Below, piece by piece: positions 56,581 through 64,000 of a stretch of 64,000 nt of DNA. The stretch's first letter is position 1, and each line of letters begins with the position of its first letter. The position numbers were made by a program, and so were the translations under genes. This DNA comes from Eledone cirrhosa. Its lineage: Eukaryota. A model generated the notes under the pieces. The model saw only the letters and a list, made by a program, of their open reading frames with translations. It searched no databases and was not told where the DNA came from. Where the stretch lies: assembly GCA_964016885.1 (NCBI GenBank), contig OZ024740.1, forward strand, positions 14,570,001-14,634,000, read 5' to 3'.

Positions 56581-59500
56581 TGCTGTTGTTACTGTTGTTG
56601 TTGCTGTTACTGTTGTTGTTGTTGTTGTTGTTACAATTGTTGTTGTTACTGTTGTTGTTACTGTTGTTGTTACTGCTGTTGTTACTGTTGTTGTTACTGT
56701 TGTTGTTACTGTTGTTGTTACTGCTGTTGTTACTGTTGTTGTTACTGTTGTTGTTACTGTTGTTGTTACTGTTGTTGTTACTGTTGTTGTTACTGTTGTT
56801 GTTACTGTTGTTGTTACTGCTGTTGTTACTGTAGTTATTACTGCTGTTGTTACTGTTGTTGTTACTGTTGTTGTTACTGTTGTTGTTACTGTTGTTGTTA
56901 CTGTTGTTGTTACTGTTGTTGTTACTGTTGTTGTTACTGTTGTTGTTACTGTCGTTGTTACTGTTGTTGTTACTGCTGTTGTTACTGTTGTTGTTACTGT
57001 TGTTGTTACTGTTGTTGTTACTGTTGTTGTTGATGTTGTTGTTACTGTTGTTGTTACTGTTGTTGTTACTGTTGTTGTTACTGTTGTTGTTACTGTTGTT
57101 GTTACTGCTGTTCTAACTGTTGTTGTAACTGTTGTTGTTACTGTTGTTGTTACTGTTGTTGTTGCTGTTGTTGTTACTGTTGTTGTTACTGTTGTTGTTA
57201 CTGTTGTTGTTACTGTTGTTGTTACTGCTGTTATTACTGTTGTTGTTACTGTTGATGTTACTGTTGTTGTTACTGTTGTTACTGTTGTTGTTACTGTTGT
57301 TGTTACTGCTGTTGTTACTGTTGTTGTTACTGTTGTTGTTACTGCTGTTGTTACTGCTGTTGTTACTGCTGTTGTTACTGCTGTTGTTACTGTTGTTGTT
57401 ACTGTTGTTGTTACTGTTGTTACTGTTGTTGTTACTGTTGTTGTTACTGCTGTTGTTACTGTTGTTGTTACTGCTGTTGTTACTGCTGTTGTTACTGTTG
57501 TTGTTACTGTTGTTGTTACTGTTGTGGTTTCTGTTGTTGTTACTGTTGTTGTTACTGTTGTTGTTACTGTTGTTGTTACCGTTGTTGTTACTGTTGTTGT
57601 TACTGCTGTTGTTACTGTTGTTACTGTTGTTGTTACTGTTGTTGTTACTGTTATTGTTACTGCTGTTGTTACTGTTGTTGTTACTGCTGTTGTTACTGTT
57701 GTTGTTACTGTTGTTGTTACTGTTGTTGTTACTGTTGTTACTGTTGTTACTGTTGTTGTTACTGCTGTTACTGTTGTTGTTACTGTTGTTGTTACTACTG
57801 TTGTTACTGTTATTGTTACTGCTGTTTTTACTGTTGTTGTTGCTGTTACTGTTGTTGTTGTTGTTACTGTTGTTGTTGTTACTGTTGTTGTTACTGTTGT
57901 TGTTGTTACTGTTGTTGTTACTGCTGTTGTTACTGTTGTTGTTACTGTTGTTGTTACTGCTGTTGTTACCGTTGTTACTGTTGTTGTTACTGTTGTTGTT
58001 ACTGTTGTTGTTACTGCTGTTGTTACTGTTGTTACTGTTGTTGTTACTGTTGTTGTTACTGTTGTTGTTACTGCTGTTACTGTTGTTGTTACTGCTGTCG
58101 TTACTGTTGTTGTTACTGCTGTTACTTTTGTTGTTACTGTTGTTGTTACTGTTGTTGTTACTGCTGTTGTTACTGTTGTTACTGTTGTTGTTACTGTTGT
58201 TGTTACTGTTGTTGTTACTGTTGTTGTTACTGTTGTTGTTACTGTTGTTGTTACTGTTGTTGTTACTGTTGTTGTTACTGCTGTTGTTACTGCTGTTGTT
58301 ACTGCTGTTGTTACTGTTGTTGTTACTGTTGTTGTTACTGTTGTTACTGTTGTTGTTACTGCTGTTGTTACTGTTGTTGTTACTGTTGTTGTTACTGCTG
58401 TTGTTACTGCTGTTGTTACTGCTGTTGTTACTGCTGTTGTTACTGTTGTTGTTACTGTTGTTGTTACTGTTGTTACTGTTGTTGTTACTGTTGTTGTTAC
58501 TGCTGTTGTTACTGTTGTTGTTACTGCTGTTGTTACTGCTGTTGTTACTGTTGTTGTTACTGTTGTTGTTACTGTTGTTGTTACTGTTGTTGTTACTGTT
58601 GTGGTTTCTGTTGTTGTTACTGTTGTTGTTACTGTTGTTGTTACTGTTGTTGTTACTGTTGTTGTTACTGTTGTTGTTACTGTTGTTGTTACTGCTGTTG
58701 TTACTGTTGTTGTTACTGTTGTTGTTACTGTTGTTGTTACTGTTGTTGTTACTGTTGTGGTTTCTGTTGTTGTTACTGTTGTTGTTACTGTTGTTGTTAC
58801 TGTTGTTGTTACTGTTGTTGTTACTGTTGTTGTTACTGTTGTGGTTTCTGTTGTTGTTACTGTTGTTGTTACTGTTGTTGTTACTGTTGTTGTTACTGTT
58901 GTTGTTACTGTTGTTGTTACTGTTGTGGTTTCTGTTGTTGTTACTGTTGTTGTTACTGTTGTTGTTACTGTTGTTGTTACAGTTGTGGTTTCTGTTGTTG
59001 TTACTGTTGTGGTTTCTGTTGTTGTTACTGTTGTTGTTACTGTTGTTGTTACTGTTGTGGTTTCTGTTGTTGCTACTGTTGTTGTTACAGTTGTTGTTAC
59101 TGTTGTTGTTACTGTTGTTGTTACTGTTGTTGTTACTGTTGTTGTTACTGTTGTGGTTTCTGTTGTTGTTACTGTTGTTGTTACTGTTGTGGTTTCTGTT
59201 GTTGTTACTGTTGTTGTTACAGTTGTTGTTACTGTTGTTGTTACTGTTGTTGTTACTGTTGTGGTTTCTGTTGTTGTTACTGTTGTTGTTACTGTTGTTG
59301 TTACTGTTGTGGTTTCTGTTGTTGTTACTGTTGTTGTTACTGTTGTTGTTACTGTTGTTGTTACTGTTGTTGTTACTGTTGTTGTTACTGTTGTTGTTAC
59401 TGCTGTTGTTACTGTTGTTATTACTGCTGTTGTTACTGTTGTTGTTACTGTTGTTGTTACTGTTGTTGTTACTGTTGTTGTTACTGTTGTTGTTACTGTT

Positions 59501-62500
59501 GTTGTTACTGTTGTTGTTACTGTCGTTGTTACTGTCGTTGTTACTGTTGTTGTTACTGCTGTTGTTACTGTTGTTGTTACTGTTGTTGTTACTGTTGTTG
59601 TTACTGTTGTTGTTGCTGTTGTTGTTACTGTTGTTGTTACTGTTGTTGTTACTGTTGTCGTTACTGCTGTTCTAACTGTTGTTGTAACTGTTGTTGTTAC
59701 TGTTGTTGTTACTGTTGTTGTTGCTGTTGTTGTTACTGTTGTTGTTACTGTTGTTGTTACTGTTGTTGTTACTGTTGTTGTTACTGCTGTTATTACTGTT
59801 GTTGTTACTGTTGATGTTACTGTTGTTGTTACTGTTGTTACTGTTGTTGTTACTGTTGTTGTTACTGCTGTTGTTACTGTTGTTGTTACTGTTGTTGTTA
59901 CTGCTGTTGTTACTGCTGTTGTTACTGCTGTTGTTACTGCTGTTGTTACTGTTGTTGTTACTGTTGTTGTTACTGTTGTTACTGTTGTTGTTACTGTTGT
60001 TGTTACTGCTGTTGTTACTGTTGTTGTTACTGCTGTTGTTACTGCTGTTGTTACTGTTGTTGTTACTGTTGTTGTTACTGTTGTGGTTTCTGTTGTTGTT
60101 ACTGTTGTTGTTACTGTTGTTGTTACTGTTGTTGTTACAGTTGTTGTTACTGTTGTTGTTACTGCTGTTGTTACTGTTGTTACTGTTGTTGTTACTGTTG
60201 TTGTTACTGTTATTGTTACTGCTGTTGTTACTGTTGTTGTTACTGCTGTTGTTACTGTTGTTGTTACTGTTGTTGTTACTGTTGTTGTTACTGTTGTTAC
60301 TGTTGTTACTGTTGTTGTTACTGCTGTTACTGTTGTTGTTACTGTTGTTGTTACTACTGTTGTTACTGTTATTGTTACTGCTGTTTTTACTGTTGTTGTT
60401 GCTGTTACTGTTGTTGTTGTTGTTACTGTTGTTGTTGTTACTGTTGTTGTTGTTTCTGTTGTTGTTACTGCTGTTGTTACTGTTGTTGTTACTGTTGTTG
60501 TTACTGCTGTTGTTACCGTTGTTACTGTTGTTGTTACTGTTGTTGTTACTGTTGTTGTTACTGCTGTTGTTACTGTTGTTACTGTTGTTGTTACTCTTGT
60601 TGTTACTGTTGTTGTTACTGCTGTTACTGTTGTTGTTACTGTTGTTGTTACTGCTGTCGTTACTGTTGTTGTTACTGCTGTTACTTTTGTTGTTACTGTT
60701 GTTGTTACTGTTGTTGTTACTGCTGTTGTTACTGTTGTTACTGTTGTTGTTACTGTTGTTGTTACTGTTGTTGTTACTGTTGTTGTTACTGTTGTTGTTA
60801 CTGTTGTTGTTACTGCTGTTACTGTTGTTGTTACTGTTGTTATTACTGTTGTTGTTACTGCTGTTGTTACTGTTGTTGTTACTGCTGTTGTTACTGTTGT
60901 TGTTACTGTTGTTGTTACTGTTGTTGTTACTGTTGTTACTGTTGTTGTTACTGTTGTTGTTACTGTTGTTGTTACTGTTGTTGTTACTGTTGTTGTTACT
61001 GTTGTTACTGTTGTTGTTACTGCTGTTGTTACAGTTGTTGTTAATGCTGTTGTTACTGTTGTTGTTACTGTTGTTGTTGCTGTTACTGTTGTTGTTGTTG
61101 TTGTTGTTACTATTGTTGTTGTTACTGTTGTTGTTGTTACTGTTGTTGTTACTGTTGTTGTTGTTACTGTTGTTGTTGCTGCTGTTGTTACTGTTGTTGT
61201 TACTGTTGTTATTACTGCTGTTGTTACCGTTGTTACTGTTGTTGTTACTGTTGTTGTTACTGTTGTTGTTACTGCTGTTGTTACTGTTGTTACTTTTGTT
61301 GTTACTGTTGTTGTTACTGTTGTTGTTACTGTTGTTGTTACTGCTGTTACTGTTGTTGTTACTGTTGTCGTTACTGCTGTTGTTACTGTTGTTGTTACTG
61401 CTGTTACTGTTGTTGTTACTGTTGTTGTTACTGCTGTTGTTACTGTTGTTGTTACTGTTGTTGTTACTGTTGTGGTTCTCTTCTGTTGTTGTTACTGTTG
61501 TTGTTACTGTTGTTGTTACTGTTGTTGTTACTTTTGTTGTTACTGTTGTTGTTACTGTTGTTGTTACTGCTGTTGTTACTGTTGTTGTTACTGCTGTTGT
61601 TACTGTTGTGGTTTCTGTTGTTGTTACTGTTGTTACTGTTGTTGTTACTGTTGTTGTTACTGCTGTTGTTACTGTTGTTGTTACTGCTGTTGTTACTGCT
61701 GTTGTTACTGTTGTTGTTACTGTTGTTGTTACTGCTGTTGTTACTGTTGTTGTTACTGTTGTTGTTACTGCTGTTGTTACTGCTGTTGTTACTGTTGTTG
61801 TTACTGTTGTTGTTACTGTTGTTGTTACTGCTGTTGTTACTGCTGTTGTTACTGTTGTTGTTACTGTTGTTGTTACTGTTGTTGTTACTGTTGTTGTTAC
61901 TGTTGTTGTTACTGCTGTTGTTACTGTTGTTGTTACTGTTGTTGTTACTGCTGTTGTTAGTGTTGTTGTTACTGCTGTTGTTACTGTTGTTGTTACTGTT
62001 GTTGTTACTGTTGTTACTGTTGTTGTTACTGTTGTTGTTACTGCTGTTGTTACTCTTGTTGTTACTGCTGTTGTTACTGCTGTTGTTACTGTTGTTGTTA
62101 CTGTTGTTGTTACTGTTGTGGTTTCTGTTGTTGTTACTGTTGTTGTTACTGTTGTTGTTACTGTTGTTGTTACTGTTGTTGTTACTGTTATTCTTACTGT
62201 TGTTGTTACTGTTGTTGTTACTGTTGTTACTGTTGTTGTTACTGTTGTTGTTACTGCTGTTGTTACTGTTGTTGTTACTGCTGTTGTTACTGCTGTTGTT
62301 ACTGTTGTTGTTACTGTTGTTGTTACTGTTGTTGTTACTGTTGTTGTTACTGTTGTTGTTACTGTTGTTGTTACTGTTGTTGTTACTGTTGTTGTTACTG
62401 TTGTTGTTACTGCTGTTGTTACTGCTGTTGTTACTGTTGTTGTTACTGCTGTTGTTACTGCTGTTGTTACTGTTGTTGTTACTGTTGTTGTTACTGTTGT

Positions 62501-64000
62501 TGTTACTGCTGTTGTTACTGATGTTGTTACTGTTGTTGTTACTGTTGTTGTTACTCTTGTTGTTACTGCTGTTGTTACTGCTGTTGTTACTGTTGTTGTT
62601 ACTGTTGTTGTTACTGTTGTGGTTTCTGTTGTTGTTACTGTTGTTGTTACTGTTGTTGTTACTGTTGTTGTTACTGTTGTTGTTACTGTTATTCTTACTG
62701 TTGTTGTTACTGTTGTTGTTACTGTTGTTACTGTTGTTGTTACTGTTGTTACTGTTGTTGTTACTGTTGTTGTTACTGCTGTTGTTACTGTTGTTGTTAC
62801 TGCTGTTGTTACTGCTGTTGTTACTGTTGTTGTTACTGTTGTTGTTACTGTTGTGGTTTCTGTTGTTGTTACTGTTGTTGTTACTGTTGTTGTTACTGTT
62901 GTTGTTACTGTTGTTGTTACTGTTGTTGTTACTGTTGTTGTTACTGCTGTTACTGTTGTTGTTACTGTTTTTGTTACTGCTGTTGTTACTCTTGTTGTTA
63001 CTGCTGTTACTGTTGTTGTTACTGTTGTTGTTACTGCTGTTGTTACTGTTGTTGTTACTGTTGTTGTTACTGTTGTGGTTTCTGTTGTTGTTACTGTTGT
63101 TGTTACTGTTGTTGTTACTGTTGTTGTTACTGTTGTTGTTACTGTTGTTGTTACTGTTGTTGTTACTGCTGTTGTTACTGTTGTTGTTACTGCTGTTGTT
63201 ACTGTTGTGGTTTCTGTTGTTGTTACTGTTGTTGTTACTGTTCTTGTTACTGTTGTTGTTACTGCTGTTGTTACTGTTGTTGTTACTGCTGTTGTTACTG
63301 TTGTTGTTACTGTTGTTGTTACTGTTGTTGTTACTGTTGTTGTTACTGCTGTTGTTACTGTTGTTGTTACTGTTGTTGTTACTGTTGTTGTTACTGTTGT
63401 TGTTACTGCTGTTACTGTTGTTGTTACTGTTGTTGTTACTGCTGTTGTTACTCTTGTTGTTACTGCTGTTACTGTTGTTGTTACTGTTGTTGTTACTGCT
63501 GTTGTTACTGTTGTTGTTACTGTTGTTGTTACTGTTGTGGTTTCTGTTGTTGTTACTGTTGTTGTTACTGTTGTTGTTACTGTTGTTGTTACTGTTGTTG
63601 TTACTGTTGTTGTTACTGTTGTTGTTACTGCTGTTGTTACTGTTGTTGTTACTGCTGTTGTTACTGTTGTGGTTTCTGTTGTTGTTACTGTTGTTGTTAC
63701 TGTTGTTGTTACTGTTGTTGTTACTGCTGTTGTTACTGTTGTTGTTACTGCTGTTGTTACTGCTGTTGTTACTGTTGTTGTTACTGTTGTTGTTACTGCT
63801 GTTGTTACTGTTGTTGTTACTGCTGTTATTACTGCTGTTGTTACTGTTGTTGTTACTGTTGTTGTTACTGCTGTTGTTACTGATGTTGTTACTGTTGTTG
63901 TTACTGTTGTTGTTACTGTTGTTGTTACTGCTGTTGTTACTGCTGTTGTTACTGTTGTTGTTACTGTTGTTACTGTTGTTGTTACTGTTGTTGTTACTGC
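56581..64000 (-). repeat. Same 12-bp satellite in inverted orientation (TACTGTTGTTGT)n, running off the window end
   Basis: Abrupt switch ...caacagtaac|tgctgttgttactg... with no spacer. More 9- and 15-bp units than the forward domain. Confidence 0.98.

Noticed and set aside
13489-61960. Huge ORFs (up to 7727 aa) of poly-L, VVVT, TTTV, NNNS, CCCY
   Set aside because: A 12-bp satellite is stop-free in five of six frames; the ORFs overlap on both strands and switch repeat register at 1-bp indels. Not evidence of genes.
13602-64000. Telomeric array or CRISPR array
   Set aside because: The unit is not TTAGGG-like, has no G-runs and no unique spacers; the context is eukaryotic.

Overview
Eukaryotic, AT-rich, gene-poor animal DNA; the tRNA-derived SINE at 11.4 kb resembles octopod SINEs, so the host may be a cephalopod (tentative). 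The first ~13.6 kb is a pile-up of mobile-element pieces separated by (TA)n/(CA)n microsatellites. It contains three long inverted repeats/palindromes, a decayed intron-containing SGNH/GDSL-hydrolase gene, a BACK-like ORF, an internally deleted Mutator-family element, and a 5'-truncated Penelope-like retroelement (Naiad type, RT + GIY-YIG) interrupted by a SINE. It also holds at least five type I hammerhead ribozyme (HHR) motifs of unrelated sequence, most with palindromic stem III, plus mirrored, truncated or decayed copies. From ~13,602 to the window end is one >50 kb satellite of the 12-mer (ACAACAACAGTA)n with kb-scale higher-order duplications (~2.6, 2.9, 4.5, 5.7, 8.9 kb) and an abrupt strand inversion at ~56,580. 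The satellite starts ~6 bp after the HHR at the 3' end of the Penelope-like element. The giant low-complexity ORFs in the ORF track are read-throughs of this satellite. All calls come from reading by eye; no database searches were run.
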